Source: a virus. From it: DNA of 64,000 nucleotides. A model generated the notes under the pieces. That model was not told the origin of the DNA. It saw only the letters and a program-made list of their open reading frames with translations, and made no database searches. Position numbers and translations under genes: made by a program. The stretch is taken from positions 32,001-96,000 of the IMG/VR virus record IMGVR_UViG_3300021602_000003. One strand, 5' to 3'. This document shows positions 27,182-37,323 of the stretch, one piece after another; positions within the stretch are counted from its first letter, which is position 1; the number at the start of each line of letters is the position of its first letter.

Positions 27182-27868
27182 TTGACACGCAAAATGGAGT
27201 TATTTTTAGAAAACAAGTATTCTAAATATTATTTTAATATTATAGAGAATGCCAAACATCGAAAACTCGATAATATTTATGTCGAGAAGCATCATATTTT
27301 TCCAAAATCTTTAGGGGGCAAAAATTCTAAAGAAAATTTAGTTATATTAACTGCTAAAGAGCATTTTATTTGTCATTTATTATTAGTTAAGGCAGTGACA
27401 TACGAATATAGAAAGAAAATGAATTATGCATTCTGGAGAATGTGTAATGTATCGGAGAACCGTTATAAACCAACATCACGTTTTTATGAGATGGGTAGAA
27501 GCGGATTTGTAGAATCACAAAAAGGACATCTCCCATATCTTCTTTCACATACGGAATATACAAAATATAAGATAGGAAAAAGCATGTCTATCACATTATC
27601 TAAGTTATCAGTAGAAGAGATGAAAGAGAGAATGATAAATTCTTGTTGTCGGGCCGATGTATATACTGAAGAACGGGCTGCAAAGATTAGTCTGTCGACT
27701 ACTGGTGTAAAGAAAACAAAAACACCACTATTATTAAAAGCAGAGGATGATCGTAGAGACAGGTGCACACTACAAATGCTCCGATGTGCTGCATTAAATA
27801 AAGGAAGAACGTGGCAACTAATCGAAGGTAAGCGTGTCTGGATGGATAGGGTGGCCCAAAATCACTAA
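27182..27868 (+). CDS. HNH homing endonuclease
   Basis: NKYSKYY, EKHHIFPKSLGG.N..ENLV.LTAKEHFICHLLL. Confidence 0.88.
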   Translation: MTRKMELFLENKYSKYYFNIIENAKHRKLDNIYVEKHHIFPKSLGGKNSKENLVILTAKEHFICHLLLVKAVTYEYRKKMNYAFWRMCNVSENRYKPTSRFYEMGRSGFVESQKGHLPYLLSHTEYTKYKIGKSMSITLSKLSVEEMKERMINSCCRADVYTEERAAKISLSTTGVKKTKTPLLLKAEDDRRDRCTLQMLRCAALNKGRTWQLIEGKRVWMDRVAQNH

Positions 27869-28358
27869 ACGTATGGAAGATTTTTTTAATCTGCCACCCG
27901 TTGAATCGGTGGTAGAAGAAGCGCCACCTGGTAAATCTAGGGAAGAACTTATGGTAGAAGCAAGAGAAATTTACTCTTCATTAACAACAGCAGAAAAGGT
28001 GAATTACGCATTACCTACGGTTATCGGTTTAGATACACACGATAATGAAATGGATGATATTTCCCAGAAGGCAATTAAGACATTTGAAGATCTGATTGCA
28101 CTCGGTGGAAATGTGCCCGATATGCACGCCGGTAAGATTTACGAAGTTGGCGCACAAATGCTTAAGATTGCCCTTGAAGCTAAAAATGCAAAGGCAGAAA
28201 GAAAATTAAAGATGATAGATTTGCAACTTAAGAAAGTGCGATCCGAGCAAATAGACTTAGATCAGGGCAATGGCGATAAGCGAGCACCGGGCGGCGCAGA
28301 ATTTGACAGGAATGAGCTACTTAGATATATAGTTAATTCTCAGAAGACCGATAAATAG
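27861..28358 (+). CDS. probable terminase small subunit (start uncertain: ATC 27861 or ATG 27873)
   Basis: Helical protein, F.DL..LG.NV..AG.I.E.., C-terminal DRNELL; located upstream of terL. Confidence 0.55.
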   Translation: MTKRMEDFFNLPPVESVVEEAPPGKSREELMVEAREIYSSLTTAEKVNYALPTVIGLDTHDNEMDDISQKAIKTFEDLIALGGNVPDMHAGKIYEVGAQMLKIALEAKNAKAERKLKMIDLQLKKVRSEQIDLDQGNGDKRAPGGAEFDRNELLRYIVNSQKTDK

Positions 28359-28379
28359 TAGCAATATTGGAGTTATCAT

Positions 28380-29051
28380 ATGGCAGAAGAAAAAAAGAAA
28401 TCATTCGCTTCTTACGTTGCTGAAGTTAAGACAGAATACAAGTATGTTTTAAAGTTCGCCGTAAATGAAATGACTGATAATATGGTCGATCAACTCGAGA
28501 CCAGTTTAACAAAATACGATCTTAAGAAAGCATCATCGTTCAGAAAAACACCTATTCAAGAAAGTCCTTTAGATTTTCCTAATATAAAGAATACGGCAGT
28601 TTTTATTTGCGATTTAACGTTGGGTTATCCAGGCTCATTGGATTTTCTAAGAACATACATATGCAATAATTTAGGAATTTCTCCTAGCCAACTTGCCGTA
28701 TATTCCGAAAATGATCCTCGCCAAATAGAAACAGATTTATATTTAGATAGAAATTCTCCAGAATATAAAAAATCTTATAAGGCACGCCTAGGAAGTGAAC
28801 CGGATAATGCAGAAGATGTGCCTTATGGCGCAGCATACAATACAGAATTTCTGAAGGCATTAGATAAAGTAACAAAAGAGAGAAATATTACTATTGTTAC
28901 TAACGCTTTAAGTCCAGCAGCCTCAACAGATCATTCTACCTTAACAAAGAATTATGATAGTTTTAACGATCCAAAGAATTTAAAGAAAGACGACCTAGGA
29001 CTTTTCGGTCGCGTCAAAAAGCCTAGTTTATCTAGAGCAGGAGTTGTATAA
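28380..29051 (+). CDS. hypothetical head-associated protein
   Basis: KSFASYVAE leader, TPIQESPLDFP; late promoter. Confidence 0.7.
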   Translation: MAEEKKKSFASYVAEVKTEYKYVLKFAVNEMTDNMVDQLETSLTKYDLKKASSFRKTPIQESPLDFPNIKNTAVFICDLTLGYPGSLDFLRTYICNNLGISPSQLAVYSENDPRQIETDLYLDRNSPEYKKSYKARLGSEPDNAEDVPYGAAYNTEFLKALDKVTKERNITIVTNALSPAASTDHSTLTKNYDSFNDPKNLKKDDLGLFGRVKKPSLSRAGVV

Positions 29052-30649
29052 TGAATTTACAAAGAATGAAACAATTAGCAGGTATTAAGCTTACAGAGGG
29101 TGTTATGGCGATTCCGGGTATTGGAACGAATAGTGAGTCTGACATGCAAGCCGCCGGGACAGTAGGCCGCAATCAAGACTATGCAGCGTATGATGCATCA
29201 CAGCAACCTGCAACAGAGAGCAAAACACTAGATGAGCTAGTACGAGTAGGCTCAAATATAGATCCGAAGTCCGGTCGTGTTGTCCCCAACAATGAATATG
29301 GAGAACAACATCTGTATAGAAAAACTAAAGGAACTCAAGACTCCAAGACTTGGCGCGATTCTACAGCAAGTGCTTTGCAGGCCGCTCGAAAAAATCCTGC
29401 AAATAAAGGGGCAAAAGCAGATCAAGAAGGCTATACTGCTATGCGGTCGGGACAGGATGCTCTAGGAAATTCAAGGAGATTTTCTGACTCGCCTGAAGTA
29501 GAACTGTCGGTACATCGACGCCCGAGTAAGGAGAGCAAAACACTAGATGAAAAATCTACCTCCGAAAAACAAGCTCGTACAATGGCTGCTGCCGCACATA
29601 ATCCGGAATTTGCTAAAAAAGTAGGCATAAAGCAGGGCGTAGCCAAGGAATTTAATAAAGCAGATACTGGCACTAAACAACTTAGTAATGCTATGAAGGA
29701 AGAAGTAAAGAAAAGCGAAATCCCAGCAGTTCAGCGTAAAGCTGCACAACCGCATGGTGACTGGAAAGTATCGACAGGCGATTTAAAGAAAGAGAACCCA
29801 ACAAATAAAGAATGGTTAGCAAATCGCGCAAAGGAAGTTGGCCTTACAGAACAATCATTTTCGAATTATTCCGACGTAGATGCCGAAATTATGAATATGC
29901 TACAGAGTTCTAGCGATGCCTTTGGCGATCAAGAAGAAACTTTAGTAGAAATATCTCGTTATTTACTAGACCAGGGACTTGATAATGACGAAGTACGTAG
30001 TATAATGGATAGCATAGAAAATTATTTACATGATGAAGATATGCGCGATAACATGGGTGGTGAACAGGATGATTATGATACGGATCCTCGCGAGCCGGAT
30101 GATTATACGAGCGACGGAGAAGCCTTAGCAAGTGCAGGTCACGGTTCAGATGAAGATTATTACAGTGACCCGATGGATGAAAATAATGACGGTATTATTG
30201 ATAAAGCAAAGAATGATGTAGGCATAGATGATCTATTTGATGAAGTAGACGAGATAGTTGACGACGAAGACTACGATGATACGTGCAGAACCTGCGATGG
30301 TACAGGAGAAGGTATGTATGATGGAGCGAGTTGTAGATCTTGTGGCGGTTCGGGTGTGGAAAAAAGAGAAAGAGATCCTGACGATTTTGATGAACCGGAT
30401 GACTATTTTGAGCCATATGATGGCCCTTTTGAAGAGGCAATAGACTTAAATAATGGTTATGGCGGCACTAAGGCAGATGGTCAGGATTATTTCCCTGACG
30501 GTGCAGATGGCCCTGTTGTGAAAAATGCCGGTCCGTCGGGTGCCCGTTATGGTGATAATCCGGAACAGAAAAAAATGCAGGTAGCAGAAGTTCACAAAGA
30601 ACTGGTATATGGCTATAGAGATTATTTAAAAGAGTCGTCTAAGAAATAA
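29051..30649 (+). CDS. acidic modular head/internal protein with CxxCxGxG finger
   Basis: MNLQRMKQLAGI start; short modules separated by LxE-type sites; CRTCDGTG..CRSCGGSG. Confidence 0.7.
   Translation: MNLQRMKQLAGIKLTEGVMAIPGIGTNSESDMQAAGTVGRNQDYAAYDASQQPATESKTLDELVRVGSNIDPKSGRVVPNNEYGEQHLYRKTKGTQDSKTWRDSTASALQAARKNPANKGAKADQEGYTAMRSGQDALGNSRRFSDSPEVELSVHRRPSKESKTLDEKSTSEKQARTMAAAAHNPEFAKKVGIKQGVAKEFNKADTGTKQLSNAMKEEVKKSEIPAVQRKAAQPHGDWKVSTGDLKKENPTNKEWLANRAKEVGLTEQSFSNYSDVDAEIMNMLQSSSDAFGDQEETLVEISRYLLDQGLDNDEVRSIMDSIENYLHDEDMRDNMGGEQDDYDTDPREPDDYTSDGEALASAGHGSDEDYYSDPMDENNDGIIDKAKNDVGIDDLFDEVDEIVDDEDYDDTCRTCDGTGEGMYDGASCRSCGGSGVEKRERDPDDFDEPDDYFEPYDGPFEEAIDLNNGYGGTKADGQDYFPDGADGPVVKNAGPSGARYGDNPEQKKMQVAEVHKELVYGYRDYLKESSKK
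29216..29550 (+). repeat. 20-bp direct repeat GAGAGCAAAACACTAGATGA (29216-35, 29531-50) flanking an in-frame 315-bp module
   Basis: Exact repeat encoding ESKTLDE. Confidence 0.9.
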
Positions 30650-30650
30650 T

Positions 30651-32225
30651 ATGGCAATTTATCAAGACGACTCACTTGTAAAACGAGCAAATAAAAAGAC
30701 AGATTACACACAGCAACAATTAGATGAGTTAGCGGCATGTTTGCACCCCGAAACAGGCCCCATCTATTTCATGAGCAACTTCATGTATATACAGCATCCT
30801 ACACAAGGACGCCAGAAGTTATCGCTGTACTCTTTTCAAGTAGATCTAATAAACACATATCATAAGTATAGAAAATCTGTTAATATGGTATCCAGACAGA
30901 TGGGTAAAACCACTGTTGCAGCAGGTTATCTGTTATGGTATGCGATGTTTAACGAAGATTCTACAATACTGATTGCATCAAACAAATATGACGGCGCACA
31001 GGAAATTATGCATAGAGTACGGTATGCATACGAATCCATACCGGATCATATTCGGGCAGGTGTAAAGACTTATAATAAACGTTCCATCGATTTTGATAAT
31101 AATTCACGTATTGTGGCAACTACCACCACGGAAAATACAGGTCGAGGTATGTCATTATCATTAGTTTATTTAGACGAATTTGCATTCGTAGAACCAAACA
31201 TAGCTAAAGAATTTTGGACATCATTATCTCCTACCTTGTCTACAGGTGGTAAGTGTATTATTACATCGACACCTAATACTGACGAAGATCAGTTTGCAGA
31301 TATATGGTTCGGAGCAAATAAATTAGTTGATGCAAACGGAAATGAAACAAACATTGGCGTAAATGGGTTCAGACCTTATATGTCTACGTGGGAAGTTCAC
31401 CCTGATAGAGATCAGGCCTGGGCAGATGCGGAACTTGCTGCTTTAGGAGAAGATAGATTCTTGCGTGAACATAAGTGTCAGTTCATTACTTTTGAAGAAA
31501 CACTTATTAATCCCGTTAAGCTTGCTCAGTTGGAACCTACGCAACCTATACGTAAATCAGGACAAGTTAGGTGGTATGCCGATATTAAGCCACATATGAC
31601 ATATGTTGTTTCCTTAGACCCGTCTATGGGGACAGGTGGCGACAATGCAGCAATTCAGGTGTTAGAATTACCTACCCTAGTACAAGTAGCAGAGTGGAGT
31701 AGCAATAAAACACCTATTGAAGAACAAGTAAGAACAATGAAGAAAATCTTACAAGAACTATATGATTTAGCCAAGCCTGAAATGTATTGGTCTGTAGAAA
31801 GCAATTCTTTAGGTGAAGCCGCATTAGTTGTTATCAGGGATACAGGCGAAGAAAACTTCCGCGGTACTATGCTGCACGATCCTAAAAATAGATTACAAGG
31901 TAGATCTGGCCGCAGAGCAGGATTTGTAACTACGAATAAATCAAAATTAGAAGCCTGTGCTAAATTGAAATTCTTAATTGAGTCTGGTAAGTTAACTATA
32001 AATTCGCGTGGACTATTATCAGAACTTAAAGTATTTGTTTCTAGAGGTAATACATATGAGGCCAGAATAGGTCAGACAGACGACTTAATTATGGCAATGA
32101 TTCTTGCAATAAGAATGACAGATTATATTTCTACATGGGACGATAAATCTCAGGCAGCGATTAATAGCAATGTAGGCTCCAGTGAAGAATCAGATTCTTC
32201 GGCACCAATGCCTATGTGTATTTGA
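30651..32225 (+). CDS. terL: terminase large subunit (gp17-like)
   Basis: SRQMGKTT Walker A, LVYLDEFAFV Walker B, ITSTPN, SLDPSMGTGGD, DDLIMA. Confidence 0.96.
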   Translation: MAIYQDDSLVKRANKKTDYTQQQLDELAACLHPETGPIYFMSNFMYIQHPTQGRQKLSLYSFQVDLINTYHKYRKSVNMVSRQMGKTTVAAGYLLWYAMFNEDSTILIASNKYDGAQEIMHRVRYAYESIPDHIRAGVKTYNKRSIDFDNNSRIVATTTTENTGRGMSLSLVYLDEFAFVEPNIAKEFWTSLSPTLSTGGKCIITSTPNTDEDQFADIWFGANKLVDANGNETNIGVNGFRPYMSTWEVHPDRDQAWADAELAALGEDRFLREHKCQFITFEETLINPVKLAQLEPTQPIRKSGQVRWYADIKPHMTYVVSLDPSMGTGGDNAAIQVLELPTLVQVAEWSSNKTPIEEQVRTMKKILQELYDLAKPEMYWSVESNSLGEAALVVIRDTGEENFRGTMLHDPKNRLQGRSGRRAGFVTTNKSKLEACAKLKFLIESGKLTINSRGLLSELKVFVSRGNTYEARIGQTDDLIMAMILAIRMTDYISTWDDKSQAAINSNVGSSEESDSSAPMPMCI

Positions 32226-32262
32226 CCCTTACATAGATAAATAAGAGAACAAGGAAGTTATC

Positions 32263-33777
32263 ATGGAAGAAATGAATGATTTAGCAGGCAAAATATTTTC
32301 TCTGCTAAAAGGGAATGGTTTAAAGATAAAAATTTTCGATGTTGAAGGAGCGGATACAACTGATCCAGAAACTGGACGCCGATTCTTCGTACTTAATCCT
32401 AATGTAATGATTACTATCAATGAGCCTTCTGATAAAAATAATGGTAACGTAGAATTTAGCAAAGGTGCTACAGTGGGCGATTCAACGAAGTCTATAGAAG
32501 GACTAGTAAGAGATCTAGCAGATACCAATGTACCTCCTTTGAATTTTAGATTAACCGTATTTGGCAAGACAATTCAGCCAAGAGATTATGCATATCAGGC
32601 AAAAATAAAAAAAGGCGAGGCAATGATGGAAAATAACTTAGTTCAACCATACAATCATCAATTAATGGGCAAGGTATCCCATAGAGTTAAATATTTTGGC
32701 ACCGCTGCTGCACATACATTAGCTGACGACCTAGGAATAGACCTTAGTGAAATTCAGCCTATATTGAACAGATTAGTTCAGAATGGTAAAATAACAGCAC
32801 AGCCTGATGACCATGGAGATATTATGTATTCGATGACAGTCGACGAAGCAATAGTAGAAAGTTTCAGTAAGATGTTCGGCTCGATGAAAACATCGCAGCA
32901 GACTTTAGAGAATGTCAGAATTTTGGTAAGACATAAAACCCCTGTCGACGAAAATGTTCGCGGATCTCGTTCACGCCACATTAGCGCAATTTTCTTAGAA
33001 TGCAATGGTGAAAGAGTTCGTTTTCAATCTAATTATCTCCCCGGTGCCCGCGCTATGGCCCAACATATGTCACACGGTGGAACAATGCACGATAAAGTCG
33101 GGCAATATATTAGCGAAAGCACAACTAATTTATTAAAATTGCAGTCTTTTAACAGATATGTAACGACAAATAAGTTAATAAATGAGGATAGTTCCGGTAT
33201 TATTGAAACAGTTAAGGAAAACATCGAAACTATCCGTACTGAATTGAAGAAACTGACAGGTTCTAAGACATATGAAACAGTAAAAGCTCGTTTAGAAACA
33301 TTTGAAAGAGAACCTTTAGCAGAAGATGATACTACTCAGTTGAAAGATTTGTTCACCATTCGAAGATTCGACGAAAAGTTCGAAGAAGTTTTGCCTATCG
33401 TTAAACAACTGGTGCAAGAAAAGGACACTTTCCATAAAAGAATCGAGGAAGCAGCAGCAACAACAATTATTTTACGCAGAGAATCGCTGAGTACCACACC
33501 TATATTCGAGTTTGCAAGCGAAAATGCTCGTTTAGGATTTAAATTAAACGAGTTTGCATTGCGTATCATGGAAAACGACGAATTATCTTCTTTTGTTAAT
33601 AAAATTGGCACAAAATTATGTAAAGAAGGTACAGTAAACGACTTCGAGCGTGCTGTACTCAAACAAGTTTTAGAAAACGCTAAGGTAGAAGAAAAAGTTG
33701 CTAAAGATAAGCAAGAAATTAAAGAATCTTCCGATTTCGAACTGTATTATGAAAGATTCAACAATATATTCTTTTGA
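32263..33777 (+). CDS. conserved late protein with internal winged-helix-like segment
   Basis: Late promoter; LADDLGI..SEIQPILNRLVQNGKI segment. Confidence 0.7.
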   Translation: MEEMNDLAGKIFSLLKGNGLKIKIFDVEGADTTDPETGRRFFVLNPNVMITINEPSDKNNGNVEFSKGATVGDSTKSIEGLVRDLADTNVPPLNFRLTVFGKTIQPRDYAYQAKIKKGEAMMENNLVQPYNHQLMGKVSHRVKYFGTAAAHTLADDLGIDLSEIQPILNRLVQNGKITAQPDDHGDIMYSMTVDEAIVESFSKMFGSMKTSQQTLENVRILVRHKTPVDENVRGSRSRHISAIFLECNGERVRFQSNYLPGARAMAQHMSHGGTMHDKVGQYISESTTNLLKLQSFNRYVTTNKLINEDSSGIIETVKENIETIRTELKKLTGSKTYETVKARLETFEREPLAEDDTTQLKDLFTIRRFDEKFEEVLPIVKQLVQEKDTFHKRIEEAAATTIILRRESLSTTPIFEFASENARLGFKLNEFALRIMENDELSSFVNKIGTKLCKEGTVNDFERAVLKQVLENAKVEEKVAKDKQEIKESSDFELYYERFNNIFF

Positions 33778-33820
33778 TTTAGAAACAGATAAATAACATA
33801 CAAGAACTTCATAGGAGTTC

Positions 33821-33849
33821 TTGACAAACACACAAGAATTTCGTATACT
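33821..33849 (+). promoter_or_regulatory. sigma70-type promoter of SSB gene
   Basis: TTGACA-N17-TATACT. Confidence 0.8.
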
Positions 33850-33963
33850 AACTGCATACGAAGACATTCACAGAAGACGCGAAAAGGCATAACGCTGCCT
33901 TAGTAGGTTGCAGTTCAATTAATAAGCGTTCAATTTAACTTTAAAGCATAGGAAATAAAAATC

Positions 33964-34986
33964 ATGTCAAAGACACTCGAAGAAATCCGTAAGAAATTAC
34001 AAGCATTAGATAACCGCAAGGGCGGTACAGGAGATAAGGCAACTTATCCACACTGGAATATTCCAGAAGGCACTTCAACAACACTCCGCTTTTTACCAGA
34101 CGCAAACGAAGATAACACTTTCTTTTGGGTAGAACGTCAACTTATTAAACTCCCATTCGCAGGTATCAAAGGACAAGACGAGCGTAAGCCAGTTGTTGTT
34201 CAAGTACCTTGTATCGAAATGTGGGACGGTAAGATGACTTGCCCTATCTTAAACGAAGTTCGCCCATGGTGGAAGGATAAGTCGTTGGAAGATAGAGCAC
34301 GTAAATATTGGGCAAAGCGCACATATTACATGCAAGGTTTTGTTAAGCAAGATCCGATGAATGAAAGCGAACCGCCTGAAAATCCGATTCGTAAGTTTAT
34401 TATCGGTCCGCAACTTTTTGCAATCATTAAGGCTGCATTAATGGATCCCGATATGGCATATAGTCCAGTTGACTTTGTCAACGGTACAGACTTTATTGTA
34501 TCTAAGACAAGCAAGGGCGGATATGCAGATTATGGCACATCTAAATGGGCTAGAAAAGAATCTAGTTTGACGGAAGACATGCAAGACGCAATTGCACAAT
34601 TCAGTCCGGTTGATTTGTCAACATATTTGCCTAAGCGTCCAACGCCCGAACAATTGTCAATCATCTTTGAAATGTTCCAGGAATCGTTAGACGGTGAACT
34701 GTATGATCCAGCTCGTTGGGGTCAGCATTACAAGCCGTTTGGCTTTGATGCAGGCCCGGATGATGCAGATGGCGGTGAAGGTAAGTCAGTAACACGTACT
34801 ACTTTCACTCAACGCCCAACAGCACCGGTTGTGACACCAAAGGCAGCGCCCATCGTTGTGCCCGAAGACAACGAAGAAGACTTTGAAGCAGATCCTCCAA
34901 AGGCCGAAGTCAAAGAAACCGTTTCTGCTACAGCAGGCAAGTCTCCCCAAGAGATTCTAGCCATGCTCAGAAACAGAAATAAATGA
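33964..34986 (+). CDS. single-stranded DNA-binding protein (gp32-like)
   Basis: LRFLPD, PCIEMW..CPI, GTDF..KTSKGGYADY..S.W; acidic tail. Confidence 0.9.
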   Translation: MSKTLEEIRKKLQALDNRKGGTGDKATYPHWNIPEGTSTTLRFLPDANEDNTFFWVERQLIKLPFAGIKGQDERKPVVVQVPCIEMWDGKMTCPILNEVRPWWKDKSLEDRARKYWAKRTYYMQGFVKQDPMNESEPPENPIRKFIIGPQLFAIIKAALMDPDMAYSPVDFVNGTDFIVSKTSKGGYADYGTSKWARKESSLTEDMQDAIAQFSPVDLSTYLPKRPTPEQLSIIFEMFQESLDGELYDPARWGQHYKPFGFDAGPDDADGGEGKSVTRTTFTQRPTAPVVTPKAAPIVVPEDNEEDFEADPPKAEVKETVSATAGKSPQEILAMLRNRNK

Positions 34987-35017
34987 GATAAGTGGGGAGA
35001 AATCCCCACTTACGATT

Positions 35018-35519
35018 TATGAAGAAGATTACACCAAGGCAATTTGCATTGCAAAATAATCTGCCTACCTACGTCTCTGATAAACCATGTAAAAACGGAC
35101 ATTTTTCTGAGAGGAGTATAAAAGATTCTGCGTGCAAGGTGTGTGAAAAAGAACGAAGGGCATCTAGTTATTATGATACATACAAAACAGACGAAGCAGC
35201 GTTTCGAAAACAATTCACAGATCTTCGTGGACGAGCAAGGAAGAATAAAATTCCGTTTGAGATTAGGCTCGAGGATATAGAGCAGCCGGAGTTTTGTCCA
35301 GTGCTAGGAGTTAGACTTCAATACGGTATAAATCATAACACGGAAGAAACAAAATGGAAAAAGCATCCCGATAGAGCAAGTTTTGATAAGCTTGTTCCTA
35401 AATTGGGATATATTCCGGGGAATGTTTTTATAATCAGTCTTGAGGCAAACAGGTTAAAGAGTAACGCAACTGTTGAACAGATAGAATCGTTACTCAAATA
35501 TATGAAGAGGGAAAAATAA
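35018..35519 (+). CDS. putative HNH-type homing endonuclease
   Basis: KPCKNGH..R..C..C; CPVLG..SFDK..P.LGY..GNV.IIS..AN..K. Confidence 0.75.
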
Positions 35520-35521
35520 AT

Positions 35522-36616
35522 ATGGCTAAGCCATTCGATATATCAAAGTTTCGTAAAAACTTAACAAAAAACATTACAGGTATTTCAACAGGATTCAATG
35601 ATCCGGACACATGGATCAGCACAGGATCTTATGGGTTAAACTATCTTATTAGTGGAGACTTCTATAAAGGAGTACCTATGGGTAAGGTGACAGTATTTGC
35701 AGGCGAATCCGGTGCCGGTAAATCTTATATTGTTTCCGGGAATATTGCGAAAGCAGCACAAGAACAAAACATTTTTGTGGTTATGATTGACACGGAAAAT
35801 GCTTTAGATGAAAAATGGCTAAAGAATTTAAGTGTAGAAACATCTGAAGATAAGATGCTTCGCATTAGCGCATCTATGATAGATGAAGTAGCAAAGATTG
35901 TACATGACTTTGTTACAGAGTATAAAACAAACTATCTAGATATTCCAAAAGACCAACGTCCTAAAATTCTATTCATTGTAGACTCTTTAGGTATGTTATT
36001 AACACCTACCGAAGTAAATCAATTCCAGGCAGGAGATATGAAGGGCGATATGGGTCGTAAAGCTAAACAGCTTAAGGCGTTCGTATCAAACTGCGTTAAT
36101 ATGTTTGGCGATTTGAATATAGGTATGGTTGTAACTAATCACACATATGCAAGTCAGGATATGTTTGATCCAGATGATAAAATTTCTGGAGGATCTGGAT
36201 TTATGTTTGCTTCTAGCATTATTGTTGCTATGAAGAAATATAAGTTAAAGGAAGATGAGGACGGTAACAAGGTTACAGATGTAAAAGGTATTCGTGCAAC
36301 TTGTAAAGTTGTTAAAACACGATATTCTAAGCCGTTCGAGTCTATCAAATTAGATATACCGTGGGAATCAGGTATGAATCCAATTTCCGGATTGTTTGAC
36401 TTATTTGAAAAGTCTGGTGTGTTAATAAAAGAGGGTAATAGATATAAATATGTTTCCAAGAAAACTAAAGAAGAGATGAAATACTTCAGAAAAGACTGGA
36501 ATGATATTAATAAAATGAAAGTAATCATGGATGAATTCACACAGGATGATCTGCGTGTTGTTATTCCTGATAGCGAAGAAGAGAAAATTGCAATTGTTGT
36601 ACAAACAGGAGAATAA
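35522..36616 (+). CDS. uvsX: RecA-like recombinase UvsX
   Basis: AGESGAGKS, IDTENALD, VDSLGML, DMGRKAK, TNHTY. Confidence 0.95.
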   Translation: MAKPFDISKFRKNLTKNITGISTGFNDPDTWISTGSYGLNYLISGDFYKGVPMGKVTVFAGESGAGKSYIVSGNIAKAAQEQNIFVVMIDTENALDEKWLKNLSVETSEDKMLRISASMIDEVAKIVHDFVTEYKTNYLDIPKDQRPKILFIVDSLGMLLTPTEVNQFQAGDMKGDMGRKAKQLKAFVSNCVNMFGDLNIGMVVTNHTYASQDMFDPDDKISGGSGFMFASSIIVAMKKYKLKEDEDGNKVTDVKGIRATCKVVKTRYSKPFESIKLDIPWESGMNPISGLFDLFEKSGVLIKEGNRYKYVSKKTKEEMKYFRKDWNDINKMKVIMDEFTQDDLRVVIPDSEEEKIAIVVQTGE

Positions 36617-36618
36617 TT

Positions 36619-36858
36619 ATGGTTAATGAAAATCATGAATTGATTATGGAATTATGGGCCCGTATCAAATCCCATATTCAGCCTAAAGAAAGATTGGAAG
36701 TAGCAGACATTCTGATGGTAGTATTTGACGAATTCAGTTTAGTTGATGAAGAACTATTAGACGAAGACCTTGATAAAGAACTCAGGGCCGCTGCAAGAAG
36801 TCACTTATCGGAATATACAGAAGACGAAGATGACGAAGATGACTACTCCAGCGATTGA
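36619..36858 (+). CDS. hypothetical acidic protein
   Basis: GGAG RBS; D/E-rich tail. Confidence 0.7.
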   Translation: MVNENHELIMELWARIKSHIQPKERLEVADILMVVFDEFSLVDEELLDEDLDKELRAAARSHLSEYTEDEDDEDDYSSD

Positions 36859-37147
36859 GTTCGGCGAGGCCATGCTCTCGACCATTAATAGTAAGGATGT
36901 TCTGAAATCCGTAACGCAGATCCAACAGTTTAGAGAAAGTATGAAAGATCCTGCTGTAGGTGCGGATTACGTTGTGTGGATTTCAGAACCAGTGAATTTG
37001 ACTAGGGTACATAAGGCCCTAGCAGAAGACTTGAATGTCCCTCCCAGAGCTATGATGATAAAAAGAGTATTGATGTCAAGAACGCAAAAAGCTGTATTAT
37101 TAGTGCAGGCAATGGAAATAGCTGTGAAAAGGGTACATGGATTATGA
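36839..37147 (+). CDS. hypothetical protein
   Basis: ATG 36839 within the 36770 ORF frame. Confidence 0.6.
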   Translation: MTTPAIEFGEAMLSTINSKDVLKSVTQIQQFRESMKDPAVGADYVVWISEPVNLTRVHKALAEDLNVPPRAMMIKRVLMSRTQKAVLLVQAMEIAVKRVHGL

Positions 37148-37323
37148 GCAAAGAAATACTTTTAGAAATTGAAGCACGCAGAGACGAGATAAATGCATCT
37201 ATTAAAGAAATTTTTAAATTAGGTCCGTCAGCCGATAATCAACTCCTTATTTCTGGTTTAATGAAACAAGTAGTTATATTAAATGCAGAATGGGCATCTA
37301 CATTCAAGCAAATGACACAATGA
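37144..37323 (+). CDS. small hypothetical protein (59 aa)
   Basis: ATGA-coupled at both ends; MSKEILLEIEARRDEINAS...; below ORF-track cutoff. Confidence 0.6.
   Translation: MSKEILLEIEARRDEINASIKEIFKLGPSADNQLLISGLMKQVVILNAEWASTFKQMTQ

Noticed and set aside
34989-35012. Hairpin after the SSB gene as an RBS-sequestering switch for the endonuclease
   Set aside because: GGGGAG lies about 18 nt from the likely ATG and no late promoter overlaps; more likely a terminator or stability hairpin
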